Assembly: GCA_964387885.1 (NCBI GenBank)
Contig: CAYLYZ010000001.1
Span: forward strand, 175,903-239,902
Direction: 5' to 3'
Length of the DNA stretch: 64,000 nt
Source of the DNA: an uncultured bacterium
GTDB lineage: Bacteria; Electryoneota; AABM5-125-24; Hatepunaeales; Hatepunaeaceae
Position 1 is the stretch's first letter, and each line of letters begins with the position of its first letter. A model generated the notes under the pieces. The model saw nothing but the letters and a program-made list of their open reading frames with translations, was not told the origin of the DNA and searched no databases. A program made the translations under genes and the position numbers. Positions 27,712 to 39,072 of the stretch are shown piece by piece.

Positions 27712-28788
27712 CTACTTAGAAAAAAACACACGAATCACATCGAAATATGATACAGTAATCATCAAAAGCAGCAATGATGATAATCCTCCCCAAATAATAA
27801 TTGACTTAACTTTTATCGGAATCGGTCTCCTGATAATCGCCTCAATAATCATAAACAGCAGATGACCTCCATCGAGTGCCGGAATTGGTAAAATATTCAG
27901 AAATCCGATTGAGATACTTATGAAGGCAATGAATATAATAAAGCTCCCAAAACCGCTTCGAGCACTGTCACCTGACATTTTTGCAATTCCGAGTGGTCCG
28001 GAAAGGTCTCTAATACCCGCCTGCCCGGTCACGAGCCATGTGATTGTTGTTATACTCCGGTCAATATCCAACCAGACATTTTGACCGGCATAAACGAATG
28101 CATCGAAAAAGTCCACGGGGTGCCGGACAATGGTTCCCAAAACTCCAAGTTGTCCAACTGAATCCCGATCTCCGGTTTCCATATTTATTGAAGGCACCAC
28201 ATTCGGTACAATAGTCGCCCGATACAAACTGTCACCACGCAGCCATTTTACAATTATCGAATCTCCGGGGTGTCTTCGGACAATACCTGTTAGTTCTTCC
28301 CACTCGGTTATGGGAGTTCCCTCAATCTCTACAATTTTATCACCCTTCAGGATGCCTGCGACCTCAGCCGGAGATCCAGCACTCACCATGTTGATCTCAG
28401 TTCCCTCTATTGTTCCAAGACCCATTGTCATTATTACTGAAAGGTATATAAGATAACCGAGTATAAAATTCATTATTACACCTGCAGTAATTATGAAAAC
28501 CCGATTAATAAAAGGCTTGTTTATGAATGCTTTCGGGTCATTTGGATCGAAATCATCATCAAGTGACTCATCAAGCATACCGGTCATTTTTACAAAACCA
28601 CCTAAAGGTACCCAGGCGATTTGATACTCGGTTTCCCCTACCGTTTTGCTAAACATCTTCGGTGGAAATCCGAGCGAAAAGATTTCGACTCTAACACCAG
28701 ATAACTTGGCTGCAAGAAAATGCCCAAGTTCATGCACAAATATGATTACACCAATTACAACTATAAATGAAAGGATGGTTAACATCAA
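27712..28788 (-). CDS. rseP: RIP metalloprotease RseP (site-2 protease).
   Basis: It has HELGHFLAAK (HExxH) in TM1, a PDZ domain (GSPAEVAGILKGDKIVEIEG) and a C-terminal LDGG motif. Confidence 0.9.
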   Translation of the reverse strand: MMLTILSFIVVIGVIIFVHELGHFLAAKLSGVRVEIFSLGFPPKMFSKTVGETEYQIAWVPLGGFVKMTGMLDESLDDDFDPNDPKAFINKPFINRVFIITAGVIMNFILGYLIYLSVIMTMGLGTIEGTEINMVSAGSPAEVAGILKGDKIVEIEGTPITEWEELTGIVRRHPGDSIIVKWLRGDSLYRATIVPNVVPSINMETGDRDSVGQLGVLGTIVRHPVDFFDAFVYAGQNVWLDIDRSITTITWLVTGQAGIRDLSGPLGIAKMSGDSARSGFGSFIIFIAFISISIGFLNILPIPALDGGHLLFMIIEAIIRRPIPIKVKSIIIWGGLSSLLLLMITVSYFDVIRVFFSK

Positions 28789-28807
28789 GTTTTCTCTTTA
28801 AATCACT

Positions 28808-29977
28808 TTACTTTAAATCCGAGATGAGGTTTTCAGCATACTCCCTGCCCCATCTATCCGCACTAATGATCTCCTTAATGTCCTTTGCATCGGACACATT
28901 AAGAGCATCGAGAGTTTTGTTAATTATCTCTGAGATGCCTCCGAATACCAAACGATTGTCAAGGAAACCCGCAACTGCCGCCTCATCGGCTCCATTTAGC
29001 ACAGCAGTCGCCGTCCCACCCATTAAAATAGCCTTATATGCCAGATCAAGACAGGGGTATCTTTCCCGCTCAACTATGCTGAACTCAAGAGGAGGCCAAT
29101 CTGCCGGATCATCGTCCCGTAATACCATCTCCCTGTGTGAAGGGAAAAAAAGTGCATGTTCAATTGGGATGCGCATATCCGGGACTCCCAATTGAGCCTT
29201 AAATGATCCATCGATAAATTCCACCATTGAGTGCACAATTGAAAGAGGATGTATTCTCACATCAATTTTCTCAATTGGGAATTTAAATAGATGGTAGGCT
29301 TCGATTATTTCGAGACCCTTGTTCATCAAGGTTGCGGAATCAATGGTAATCTTAGGCCCCATACTCCAGGTTGGGTGATTCAATGCTTCTTGTCTGGTTG
29401 CGTTTCTAATCTTTTCAAGTGGCCATTCCCGAAAAGGTCCACCCGATGCAGTCAGTATTAAACGCTTAACCTCGGATTTCTTCTCTCCTTGTAAACACTG
29501 TAAGATTGCACTATGTTCCGAATCAACCGGAAGAATTTTGGAATTTGTCTTTTGCGCAATAGAGTTAAGCAGATCACCGGCAAGGACTAATGATTCCTTA
29601 TTTGCCAGAGCCAGGTCAATTCCTCGGTTCAACGCATGATAACTCGGCAATAATCCCGCAACTCCAACAAGTCCGTTTAAGCAAAGGTCATACTCCTCAT
29701 TTTCAGCAACCCGAGCGTTAGCATCCTCTCCGGCAAAAATCTCAATCCCTGACCCAAAAAGAGAATCCTGCAGTTCTTTGTATCGACTGTCATCACTGAT
29801 TGCAACACATCGAGGTTTCCACATAAGAGCCATATCTGCTAATGAACGCCATTGAGAACCTGCGGTCAAAAGTTCAATATCAAAATCACCCAATCTGTTT
29901 ATCACATCGAGAGTCTGCGTTCCGATTGATCCCGTTGCACCAAATATTGCTATTTTTCTTTCTGGTTTTGCTTTCAT
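28808..29977 (-). CDS. dxr: 1-deoxy-D-xylulose 5-phosphate reductoisomerase.
   Basis: The N-terminus IAIFGATGSIGTQTLDVI and the Dxr core/C-terminal domain are present, in a 389 aa protein. Confidence 0.95.
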   Translation of the reverse strand: MKAKPERKIAIFGATGSIGTQTLDVINRLGDFDIELLTAGSQWRSLADMALMWKPRCVAISDDSRYKELQDSLFGSGIEIFAGEDANARVAENEEYDLCLNGLVGVAGLLPSYHALNRGIDLALANKESLVLAGDLLNSIAQKTNSKILPVDSEHSAILQCLQGEKKSEVKRLILTASGGPFREWPLEKIRNATRQEALNHPTWSMGPKITIDSATLMNKGLEIIEAYHLFKFPIEKIDVRIHPLSIVHSMVEFIDGSFKAQLGVPDMRIPIEHALFFPSHREMVLRDDDPADWPPLEFSIVERERYPCLDLAYKAILMGGTATAVLNGADEAAVAGFLDNRLVFGGISEIINKTLDALNVSDAKDIKEIISADRWGREYAENLISDLK

Positions 29978-30822
29978 GATGCCTTTCTGGAGACACTTAG
30001 TCTATCAAAATTCCCTCGATGATTTGTTATTGAGATCAACTCCGATTTCGACCATTGAGCGGGACATAACTTCATATTAAATTGCTTTTTAAGTGCATTA
30101 GAGAAGGAAATTGCCAAATCAGTGGGAGACGGAGGAAGATCACAAAATCTCTCAAGAGAAGCTGCTTTATTATATAAAAACAATTCAAGTTCACCAATCT
30201 TTTCCGAAGGTACATTCACCACACCTGCAACGCTTGTTATATCACCTTTAAGTGGTATTGAACCATGCTGAAGAATACTGTTTCTGTAAATCTTCTGCGC
30301 TGCTGAGGATATTTTTATCCCGTTCACAGTTACCTCGCCTCTCACACAACTGCTAATGCATAACTTTGCACGATGTACAGTTGGATTCCGCAGGGATCTC
30401 GTTGAAGGAACTAACGAATCTGTTGCCTTTATGTCAAAATTAGATAATGCTGAGATTAGAGCTGTTGCGACTGATTTATATAAAATTCCCAGCTGTGAAA
30501 TTGAGCTCTCATTTGATCTCAGGATTACAGAGTAACTGAGATCGTTATCATGAAGCAGAGTGCGACCACCAGTTGGTCTTGATACGACATCCCAACCTAA
30601 ACGTCTGCAGACATTTGTATCAATTTCATTTTCACTTTGGTGAATTCCAAGTGAAATTCCGGGGGGAGACCATGTGTAAAACCTGAGGATTGCCTGGAAA
30701 TCACTTTCCGGAATAGTCTCAGCGAGAAAATCATCAGCAGCCATGTGGAACCAACCAGATCTCGAATTCCCAATCTTTCCGGGGATATCCCAGATTAATC
30801 GTGTATTTATCAGAGGGATCAT
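29974..30822 (-). CDS. Lipoate/biotin protein ligase family protein (BPL/LPL catalytic domain; LplA/LipM-like).
   Basis: Motifs FYTWSPPGISLGIHQ and RRPTGGRTLLHDNDLSYS (the RRxTGG lipoyl-AMP-binding loop) are present. Confidence 0.65.
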   Translation of the reverse strand: MIPLINTRLIWDIPGKIGNSRSGWFHMAADDFLAETIPESDFQAILRFYTWSPPGISLGIHQSENEIDTNVCRRLGWDVVSRPTGGRTLLHDNDLSYSVILRSNESSISQLGILYKSVATALISALSNFDIKATDSLVPSTRSLRNPTVHRAKLCISSCVRGEVTVNGIKISSAAQKIYRNSILQHGSIPLKGDITSVAGVVNVPSEKIGELELFLYNKAASLERFCDLPPSPTDLAISFSNALKKQFNMKLCPAQWSKSELISITNHRGNFDRLSVSRKAS

Positions 30823-31613
30823 CCCTTAATTATTCCGCGAACCGAATTCTCGATAAAATCCAGAATAGCCTTAATCACCTCGGATTGTTCGAGGTCGTTC
30901 TTAATTGCATCGACAGCCTGAACAAGGTTCAATTTAGATCTGTAGACCAGTTTATATGCCCTTTTGATCGATAATATCTGATCGTTTGAAAATCCCTGAC
31001 GTTTAAGACCAATTGAGTTTGGGCCGTAGTACTTCAGAGGCTCACCGGTCGTTAAAATATATGGGGGAACATCTTGAGCCACTCGAGATGATCCGCCGAT
31101 AAATGCATATTTCCCAATTTTTACAAACTGATGAATTGCTGTTAAACCACCGATACTTACATTGTCGTGTATTTCAACATGTCCGGCCATATTAACTGCA
31201 TTTGCCAGGATTACATGATTGCCGAGTTTACAATCATGTGCAACATGAGCATATGCCATCAGGAGACAATCTGATCCAACCTGTGTTATCCCACCACCAT
31301 GTTCTGTTCCACGATTGAGCGTACAATACTCTCTGATAACAGTTCTGTCACCAATCCTGAGCTCACTTTTCTCTCCGCCAAATTTCAAATCCTGTGGATT
31401 AGTCGCAAGTACAGCGCCGTGTGACACTTGACAATCCATTCCCAACCGGGCACCATTTGCGATTAACACCGTTGAATCGATTTGGCAATTTTCCCCAATA
31501 GAAACGTCGTCTTCAATTATACTGAATGCTCCAATTGAGACATTCTTTCCAAATTGAGCCTCAGGCCCAACTATTGTTGAATTATGTATCTTCAAGTTTC
31601 TTTTTATCCGCAT
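30819..31613 (-). CDS. lpxA: Acyl-ACP--UDP-N-acetylglucosamine O-acyltransferase.
   Basis: It has left-handed beta-helix hexapeptide repeats plus the LpxA C-terminal helical domain (..PYILTTGEPLKYYGPNSIGLKRQGFS..). Confidence 0.9.
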   Translation of the reverse strand: MRIKRNLKIHNSTIVGPEAQFGKNVSIGAFSIIEDDVSIGENCQIDSTVLIANGARLGMDCQVSHGAVLATNPQDLKFGGEKSELRIGDRTVIREYCTLNRGTEHGGGITQVGSDCLLMAYAHVAHDCKLGNHVILANAVNMAGHVEIHDNVSIGGLTAIHQFVKIGKYAFIGGSSRVAQDVPPYILTTGEPLKYYGPNSIGLKRQGFSNDQILSIKRAYKLVYRSKLNLVQAVDAIKNDLEQSEVIKAILDFIENSVRGIIKG

Positions 31614-32327
31614 TTAATCAGAAAGATTATTCTCTTGATTTTCTCTTTGCCTTCGTCTCGCTATTTTACTTTTTTGCTGAAACCGAATATTATGAACAGT
31701 AATTGCTTCCTTTTGCTCATCAGATATATCCAGGAATCGGCAAACCAACATGCCCGATGATTCATTTTTCGAGTTTGTGGAGCTTTCCAATATCAATGCC
31801 TTGTTTTCAAGTGCAAATTTCGGGTCTTTTAGTTTCAGCTTTATATCTACGATTGCCCCTGGACGGTAACCCCAAATATCATCTGCGGGGATGTTAAATT
31901 TTAATCCTCCTGCAGAGATATTAACAACATTCCCCTCACTGAAATCACGTAAATTCGGTTCGGGAGAAAGATCCGATCCTCGAAACGAAAGCGGTATGTC
32001 AACACTTAGCCGCGAATAACTGCGCCTTTGGATGCGCTCTATTTTTTCAGGTATTGGAATTTTAAGAGCAGGAATCTGATCGACTTTGCCAAACCTGGCA
32101 AAACTTGTTTTGAACTTGTACGAACCATCTGATTTCTTCAGAACAATTGAAATCTCACAGCCAATTATCCTTGACATCATCTTCTGATCAATATTCGATC
32201 TACTTACAGAAATATTATCATCATTAATCTCAAGGACATCTACTTCGAAAACGCTGTTAAAACCCCCATTCGACAGATGAATTTCGACTTGATCAAGTAT
32301 TCTTAGACCTTTCTTAGAACCTCTCAA
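31614..32327 (-). CDS. PilZ domain protein (YcgR-like c-di-GMP receptor architecture).
   Basis: The c-di-GMP motifs RRSYSR (RxxxR) and NISAGGL (D/NxSxGG) are present in the C-terminal half. Confidence 0.65.
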   Translation of the reverse strand: MRGSKKGLRILDQVEIHLSNGGFNSVFEVDVLEINDDNISVSRSNIDQKMMSRIIGCEISIVLKKSDGSYKFKTSFARFGKVDQIPALKIPIPEKIERIQRRSYSRLSVDIPLSFRGSDLSPEPNLRDFSEGNVVNISAGGLKFNIPADDIWGYRPGAIVDIKLKLKDPKFALENKALILESSTNSKNESSGMLVCRFLDISDEQKEAITVHNIRFQQKSKIARRRQRENQENNLSD

Positions 32328-32431
32328 TTCTACACCTCAAAAGGATTGAACTGTGTTGGTTTACGATACATATCGTTTGGATGTACTGTAGCAAATCTCT
32401 TGTTGCTGCATTTTTTCAGACAAGTGTGAGC

Positions 32432-33229
32432 TCAATCTTCGTTTAATTCTGCATGTTGTTTCTCAGCCGCATCATGGACAGCATCCTCGAAATTCTCTCC
32501 GGATGAGGCATATATAATGCCTCTCGATGAATTTACATATACCGGAGCTGAATAGTCCTTCAGAGCATTGCGTAGTGCTTTAACATCTCCACCCTGTGAT
32601 CCGACACCGGGAATTAGCAATGGCAGATCAACAGCTGCTTCTAAAACCATGGGTAAAATGTCACTTTTCGTCGCACCAACAACCAATCCGACATTTTTGT
32701 GAGTATTAATTGACTTGACCATATTAATAACGTGAATAAATAGTGGTTTCCCATCAACTAATAATGTCTGTAAATCAGCACCACCGGGATTGGATGTTAC
32801 TGCCAATGCAAATATTCCATGTTCCTCGTCTTCAATAAATGGCTTAATTGAGTCTCTACCAAGATATGGACTCACAGTTGCCATATCGGCTTTTAAACCT
32901 GAGAAAAGTGCTTTACTGTAAGCTTTAGCAGTATTGCCAATATCACCTCGTTTTGCATCAGCAATCACTAACCTGTCATTTGGAATTGCCTGAATAGTCT
33001 TCTCAAGCTGGATCCAGCCTCCCGCACCCAGTGCTTCGAAAAACGCGAGGTTCGGTTTATACGCACAGGCAATGTCTACAGTCGCTTCTATAACAGTTTT
33101 ACAAAATTCGAAAAAAGGTTCCCTCGAATTGTGAAATTTCTCAGGAATTTTCTCTAAGACCGGATCTAATCCAACGCATAATCCTATCCGGGAAGTGCTG
33201 ATTTTCTGTAGTTTTTTAGATAATAACAT
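32432..33229 (-). CDS. pyrF: Orotidine 5'-phosphate decarboxylase (type 2).
   Basis: GLCVGLDPVLEKIP, DAKRGDIGNT and an OMPdecase TIM-barrel are present, in a 265 aa protein. Confidence 0.85.
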   Translation of the reverse strand: MLLSKKLQKISTSRIGLCVGLDPVLEKIPEKFHNSREPFFEFCKTVIEATVDIACAYKPNLAFFEALGAGGWIQLEKTIQAIPNDRLVIADAKRGDIGNTAKAYSKALFSGLKADMATVSPYLGRDSIKPFIEDEEHGIFALAVTSNPGGADLQTLLVDGKPLFIHVINMVKSINTHKNVGLVVGATKSDILPMVLEAAVDLPLLIPGVGSQGGDVKALRNALKDYSAPVYVNSSRGIIYASSGENFEDAVHDAAEKQHAELNED

Positions 33230-33560
33230 CTTACTCCTAAATGAACTTGAAAAACTCTTTTCAGGTATCTATCTGCAAGGGAAAGTCCTGCAAAACTGTC
33301 GAAGTTATTAATATTAAAAAAAACAAAGTCGAAAGCAACTGCATGCATCTATCATCGTGAAAAAAATTATCTTTTTAATATTTGAAAACGTATTTTAGTA
33401 TTATCTCTTTAGATTCCATTCCATCTTGCATTATAAGCTGTTTTTTTAGTATAATAGTTCAGTAATGCAAATCTTGTATTCTCTTCCGTTAATCGGCATT
33501 GTTCACTTTGACAAATAGGTGTTGAAACTTGGTTTTTAAGAGGGTGAAACTGTACAATTA

Positions 33561-34442
33561 ATGAATATCGATTCAAAGTACCCAATCAGGCATAATGTAT
33601 ATCCGGAAATTGGTACTCCGGATATTCGACGTAAAATAGCAAATGAGCTTCGTTCCGCTCGTGAATTTAACGAGATGAGTCTGGATCAAATCAGATCGGT
33701 CACAAAGATAAATACTCTCTATCTTGAAAATCTGGAGACGGGCAACTGGTCATTTTTGCCAGCTGTTTATGTCAATTTGTTTATCAAAGCTTATGCTCAA
33801 GCTGTTGGAGTTCAATCTGACGAATTCAGTGATCGATTAAATGAAGTGTTTGAGTCAATAGAACCTGCATTCAGGCCTGTTGAAATTTCCGATTATTTTG
33901 GGGATACCACGCAACAACCAAATCTGGCAAGGGCTCCCGGTCTAATCTCTTGGGTTGAGAAGAACCGCTCGATTTTATTATCTGGTGGGATTACAATTAT
34001 CGCAATTATCGTAATCGCCTGGTATCTGGTTCGACCACCACAATCCGATAACATTGTCGTGGACGCGAAACCGAACATTCCCGATGTAACAGAATCCAAT
34101 TTTAACAACGATTCTCGCTCGGAGCGAATAAGTGAAGAAGCTGAGACCGTTGAAGTAATTGAGAGCGAACAGGCTGAAGAGATTATTCATGAGACATTCA
34201 AACTTGGACTTCTTGCTCTTGGCACATGTTACGTAAAAGTGGAAGATCAGGACTCTATTCTCTACGATCGAACTCTCTGGCCTGGTAATCTGATAACGAA
34301 CGAATACCCCGATCCTGTAAAATTAACGCTTGGAAATGCCCCAGAAATGAGACTGCTTGTTAATGGTGATACTCTCGATGCTTTCGATCCGGAAAGAAAG
34401 GTTCGGGTCATACGGGTTGGATCTAATGGGGTCGTTGAATAA
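33561..34442 (+). CDS. rodZ: RodZ-like cytoskeleton protein (HTH-XRE domain, TM segment, C-terminal DUF4115).
   Basis: It has an N-terminal HTH (IANELRSAREFNEMSLDQIRSVTKI), a TM segment (ILLSGGITIIAIIVIAWYLV) and a C-terminal ...LTLGNAPEMRLLVNGDTLD. Confidence 0.7.
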   Translation: MNIDSKYPIRHNVYPEIGTPDIRRKIANELRSAREFNEMSLDQIRSVTKINTLYLENLETGNWSFLPAVYVNLFIKAYAQAVGVQSDEFSDRLNEVFESIEPAFRPVEISDYFGDTTQQPNLARAPGLISWVEKNRSILLSGGITIIAIIVIAWYLVRPPQSDNIVVDAKPNIPDVTESNFNNDSRSERISEEAETVEVIESEQAEEIIHETFKLGLLALGTCYVKVEDQDSILYDRTLWPGNLITNEYPDPVKLTLGNAPEMRLLVNGDTLDAFDPERKVRVIRVGSNGVVE

Positions 34443-34475
34443 AAACAACACTTTAAACTGCAAAGTTGATAAAAA

Positions 34476-36008
34476 ATGGTAGATACACCAACTTCAGACC
34501 AAGATCAAACTCCGGAAGAAAATCGGGAGAAACTTGATCATGTGATGCGGGCAAGATTCGAAAAGCTCGCTCGACTCCGCGAACTCGGAGTGAACCCTTT
34601 CCCCTATGGATTCACAAGAACACACACTGTTGAAGCCTTACTTTCGGATTTTGATAAATTATCAGGATCTGAAGAGATTGTGAAAATTGCCGGTAGGATT
34701 GTGTCAGTGCGACTAATGGGAAAAGCAGCATTTACGCACATTCAGGAAGAAGAACATAGAATTCAGCTCTACTTTAAGATGAACCTCCTTGAAGAGTTGG
34801 ATTGGGAAGTTTTCCAGCTCGGCGACATCGGTGATATTTTCGGAGTATCAGGAATCTTGTTCACTACCAGGACTGGTGAGCGCACCCTGAAGGTTTCAAA
34901 ATTGACGTTACTGTCAAAAAACATAAGACCCCTTCCTGCTATTAAAGAAAAGGATGATAATGTCTGGTTTAAATGGGATGATAAAGAAGAACGCTATCGC
35001 AATCGCACAATTGACCTGATCCTGAATCGTGAGTCAAGACAGGCTCTTGTTACACGAAGCCTTATAACAAGGGAGATAAGAGATTTCCTTGAAGAAGATG
35101 GATTTTTAGAAGTTGAAACTCCAATTATGCAAAGTATGTATGGTGGAGCTGCAGCGAAACCATTTGTAACCCATTATAATGCACTTGACCATGACTATTA
35201 TTTGCGTATTGCAGATGAACTCTACCTGAAACGACTGATTGCGGGAGGTATCCCGAGAGTTTTTGAGATCGCAAAGGATTTTAGAAATGAAGGTATAGAC
35301 CGGCTGCACTCGCCTGAATTTACAATGATGGAGTGTTATGCTGCCTACGAAGATTATAATTTCTGTGCTGACCTTGTTGAAAGAATGTTTGTCAGATTGT
35401 CCGAAAATGTATTGAAAAAGGAAACCATCATATTCGGAGACCACGAAATATCACTGAAAGCACCCTTCAGACGGGCAACCATGTCGGAGCTCGTAAAAGA
35501 GAACTGTAACATTGATATTATTGGTCGGGATCGTGATGAACTGGCAAGTGAAGTTAAAAAGCTCGGTTTACATGTTGAGGATAACTGGGGTGTGGGAAAG
35601 ATTATTGATGAATTATTCTCTGAGAAAATTGAACCAGAATTAATCCAACCCACATTTGTAATGGACTATCCTGTTGAACTGTCCCCTCTTGCAAAAAAGC
35701 ATCGCAGTATTGATGGATTGGTTGAGAGATTTGAGCTGTTCATCGCCGGAATGGAAGTTGCTAATTCATTTAGCGAATTGAATGACCCAATAGATCAACG
35801 CAGCAGATTTGAAGAACAGGCACGGTTGAAAGATGAAGGAGATGACGAAGCACATCCGATTGACGAAGAATATCTTCAAGCGCTTGAAATAGGAATGCCT
35901 CCGACAGGCGGACTCGGTATGGGAGTTGATAGAATAGCGATGATTTTGACTGGGACTGATTCCCTCAGAGATGTGATTTTATTCCCGACATTACGTCCAA
36001 GGTCGTAA
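34476..36008 (+). CDS. lysS: Lysine--tRNA ligase (class II).
   Basis: It has an N-terminal OB-fold anticodon-binding domain, class II motifs 1-3 (..FRNEGID.., ..[14 protein letters not shown]..) and 510 aa. Confidence 0.95.
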   Translation: MVDTPTSDQDQTPEENREKLDHVMRARFEKLARLRELGVNPFPYGFTRTHTVEALLSDFDKLSGSEEIVKIAGRIVSVRLMGKAAFTHIQEEEHRIQLYFKMNLLEELDWEVFQLGDIGDIFGVSGILFTTRTGERTLKVSKLTLLSKNIRPLPAIKEKDDNVWFKWDDKEERYRNRTIDLILNRESRQALVTRSLITREIRDFLEEDGFLEVETPIMQSMYGGAAAKPFVTHYNALDHDYYLRIADELYLKRLIAGGIPRVFEIAKDFRNEGIDRLHSPEFTMMECYAAYEDYNFCADLVERMFVRLSENVLKKETIIFGDHEISLKAPFRRATMSELVKENCNIDIIGRDRDELASEVKKLGLHVEDNWGVGKIIDELFSEKIEPELIQPTFVMDYPVELSPLAKKHRSIDGLVERFELFIAGMEVANSFSELNDPIDQRSRFEEQARLKDEGDDEAHPIDEEYLQALEIGMPPTGGLGMGVDRIAMILTGTDSLRDVILFPTLRPRS

Positions 36009-36009
36009 T

Positions 36010-37302
36010 TTGGGCTATGAGTTATTTATAGCAGAGAGATACCTCCGCTCAAAACGCCGGACAGGAGCTATATCATTAATTACATATATCTCAGCAACCG
36101 GTGTTATGGTTGGAGTGGCCGCTCTTGTCATTGTCCTCTCTGTTGCAAATGGTTTCGAAGCAGAAGTCCGAAACCGAATAATTGGCGCAAGTGCCCATAT
36201 CAATCTGAATTTGTTCCATCAACAACCGATGCCAAATTATCTTGAGACCATTCAACAGGTGATGAATGTTAAACAGGTGACAGGAGCTTCTCCATACATT
36301 GAAGGCAAGGGGATGCTGCGAAAGAATAAAGCGGTTGAAGGGGCACTGATAAAGGGTGTAGATGAATCAACTGTTAGTCAAGTCGGAAATTTACCTGAGA
36401 CAATTGTCTCAGGAAGATTAGCTCTGAAACCGGAAAAAGCCGAAACTCAAACTCAGGATCATCTGTTACCCGAATTCCCCGACCTTAATTTAGAAATAAA
36501 ACATCCCCGGACTCTACCTGGGATTGTGCTGGGAACTCAGCTCTCCTACAAGCTCGGTGCATCTGTTGGTGATACGATAATCGCGATCAGTCCAACAAAA
36601 ATGACAAGTTTCTTATCAGCACCACAAGTAAAGAAGTTCGTTGTGACGGGTATCTTCGAGACTGGAATACATGAATACGATAATACAAGTTCCTATATCG
36701 ATATTGAATCTGCACAATATCTCTTCATGACGAAATTGGCTGTATCGGGAATTGAAATCAAATTGAAAGACCTTGATCAGGCAGATGAAGTTAAAAATGA
36801 ACTTGAAGACATGCTTGGATATCCTTACCATGCAAAAACCTGGTTTTCGATGCACTCAACACTATTCCGATGGATGAAAATGGAAAAGTGGTTGTTTACA
36901 ATCCTCCTGTCGCTGATAATATTAGTTGCAGCTCTAAATATTGTATCCAGCCAGATAATGATAGTCCTTGAGAAGAAACGGGAAATTGGAATTTTGAAGG
37001 CAATTGGTGCTCCACGCGAAGGAGTAATGCGAATTTTCCTATACGAGGGTATGATAATTGGTGTTGTTGGAACTTTGCTCGGATTAATTGTAGGTTATGG
37101 TGTATGTTGGGGGCAGCAGACCTTTGAATGGCTATCCCTTCCCGGAGATGTCTATTTTTTAAGTACTCTGCCTGTTCAAATGCAAGTATTGGATTTTATT
37201 ATAATCACGATCGTCTCCCTTGGGCTGGCAATATTAGCCTCTGTATTTCCGGCACGACGCGCCAGTGCCCTTGATCCGGTAGAAGCAATCAGGTACGAAT
37301 AA
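36010..37302 (+). CDS. lolE: Lipoprotein-releasing system permease (LolC/LolE family, FtsX-like).
   Basis: The N-terminus FIAERYLRSKRRTGAIS, a large periplasmic loop and a C-terminal FtsX TM bundle are present. Confidence 0.85.
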   Translation: MGYELFIAERYLRSKRRTGAISLITYISATGVMVGVAALVIVLSVANGFEAEVRNRIIGASAHINLNLFHQQPMPNYLETIQQVMNVKQVTGASPYIEGKGMLRKNKAVEGALIKGVDESTVSQVGNLPETIVSGRLALKPEKAETQTQDHLLPEFPDLNLEIKHPRTLPGIVLGTQLSYKLGASVGDTIIAISPTKMTSFLSAPQVKKFVVTGIFETGIHEYDNTSSYIDIESAQYLFMTKLAVSGIEIKLKDLDQADEVKNELEDMLGYPYHAKTWFSMHSTLFRWMKMEKWLFTILLSLIILVAALNIVSSQIMIVLEKKREIGILKAIGAPREGVMRIFLYEGMIIGVVGTLLGLIVGYGVCWGQQTFEWLSLPGDVYFLSTLPVQMQVLDFIIITIVSLGLAILASVFPARRASALDPVEAIRYE

Positions 37303-37309
37303 TCAAACA

Positions 37310-39034
37310 TTGGTGTCCGTTTTGATAAAATCACAAACGCTGAAAACTACAGTAATAATATTAGTGTTATTAACCATCTCTAATGGATTTTCTGCTACTC
37401 GCGCTCCTGTATGGTCCAAATCCGATCAGGGTATGGTTGCAACTCCCCATTCAGCTGCAACCGATGCGGCAATAGAGATACTTAATATGGGCGGTAACGC
37501 CATTGACGCAATTGTAGCAGCATCGTTTGCCCTCACTGTTGTAGAACCATATCACAGCGGAATCGGAGGTGGAGAATTCACATTAATAAGAATGGAATCT
37601 GATTCGAAAGTGTATGTTTGCGATGCACGCGAATCAGCCCCTGCTGCCTCAACTCCTGATATGTACATTAATCCTGATACTGGCAAAAGGTATAAGGATC
37701 GATCCTGGCGCGGTGGTCTCGCCGTCGGAGTTCCCGGAAGTGTTAAAGGAAAAATCGAGTTAATCAACAAATTCGGGAACTTATCCCTGAAAAAGATCCT
37801 GGCTCCTGCAATTAGACTGGCAAAAGAAGGATTTCTTGTTGATAAATCTCTCAGCAGCAGATTAAAAAGTAATACGGATCGATTTGCTGAAAATAAAGAT
37901 TTAGCTGAGGTATTTCTGCCTGGTGGTAGAGCTCCGAATCGCGGTGATATCCTCGTCCAGAGAAAACTTTCCAAATGTCTTGCGGAGATAGCTCGTGATG
38001 AGGGCAGGTCTTTTTATAACGGGAAGATGGCTGATCAGATATCCCTTACATGCCGGAAAGAAGGTGGGATAATAACTCCGGAAGACATGGCTGAATACAA
38101 GGTTGTCTGGCGTGAGCCAATCCGGTTTTCCTACAGAGATTATACAGTATACTCGATGCCCCCACCCTCTTCAGGTGGTGTCTGCCTGGCACAGATATTC
38201 AACATCCTCGATGGATTCCCAATGGACTACATGTCACCCGGCAGTGCTGAAACCTACCACCTGATTGCTTCGGCATTTGAAGCAGCATTTGCGGACAGAG
38301 CAAAATGGCTTGGAGATCCGGATTTCAATCCCATTCCTGTGGAAGGATTGACAAGCAGGGCTTATGCCGAAGAATTGCGAAAAGAGATCGATCGATTCCA
38401 CCGCGAACCTGTTAAGGATGCAGGTGATCCGTGGATCCATGATTCGGACTCCAACACCAGTCACCTGTCGGCAATTGATAGCCAGGGAAATATGTGCTCT
38501 ATGACAACATCAGTAAATTCATCTTTCGGATCACAAGTATACGTTTCGGAATTGGGATTCTTCCTTAACAGCACCATGGATGATTTTTCCACCGCTCCCA
38601 GGGAACCGAACAAATTCGATTTGATAGGAAGTGATGTTAACGCTATCGCTCCGGGTAAGAGACCATTATCAAGTATGTCCCCTACCCTGGTACTAAAAGG
38701 TGATAAACCCTACATGTCAATCGGATCTGTGGGAGGACCGAGAATAATAACTTCTGTAGCCCAGATTCTTATTAATGTCATGGATTTCGGAATGGACATA
38801 CAGGAGGCTATCGATGCACCAAGAATTCATATGCAATGGAAACCGGACAAACTTTACCTTGAAAAAGAAATCACGTCTGAAGTAATTTCTGAAATTAGAA
38901 ACCGGGGCTGGACTGTCAATCAATCTGGACATTGGTCATTAAGTCAGGGTGTAATGATCGATATTGAAACCGGAGAATTCTTTGGCGCAAGCGATGCTCG
39001 TGGTGTTGGTTCAGCTGGTCCCCGAAGCGATTAA
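37310..39034 (+). CDS. ggt: Gamma-glutamyltranspeptidase.
   Basis: GGT family motifs (..GGNAIDA.., TSHLSAID with the autoprocessing Thr, GGPRIITSV) are present, with a signal peptide. Confidence 0.9.
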   Translation: MVSVLIKSQTLKTTVIILVLLTISNGFSATRAPVWSKSDQGMVATPHSAATDAAIEILNMGGNAIDAIVAASFALTVVEPYHSGIGGGEFTLIRMESDSKVYVCDARESAPAASTPDMYINPDTGKRYKDRSWRGGLAVGVPGSVKGKIELINKFGNLSLKKILAPAIRLAKEGFLVDKSLSSRLKSNTDRFAENKDLAEVFLPGGRAPNRGDILVQRKLSKCLAEIARDEGRSFYNGKMADQISLTCRKEGGIITPEDMAEYKVVWREPIRFSYRDYTVYSMPPPSSGGVCLAQIFNILDGFPMDYMSPGSAETYHLIASAFEAAFADRAKWLGDPDFNPIPVEGLTSRAYAEELRKEIDRFHREPVKDAGDPWIHDSDSNTSHLSAIDSQGNMCSMTTSVNSSFGSQVYVSELGFFLNSTMDDFSTAPREPNKFDLIGSDVNAIAPGKRPLSSMSPTLVLKGDKPYMSIGSVGGPRIITSVAQILINVMDFGMDIQEAIDAPRIHMQWKPDKLYLEKEITSEVISEIRNRGWTVNQSGHWSLSQGVMIDIETGEFFGASDARGVGSAGPRSD

Positions 39035-39072
39035 TGGTGTTGGTTCCGACAAATTTTGAAAACTTGGGGAGT

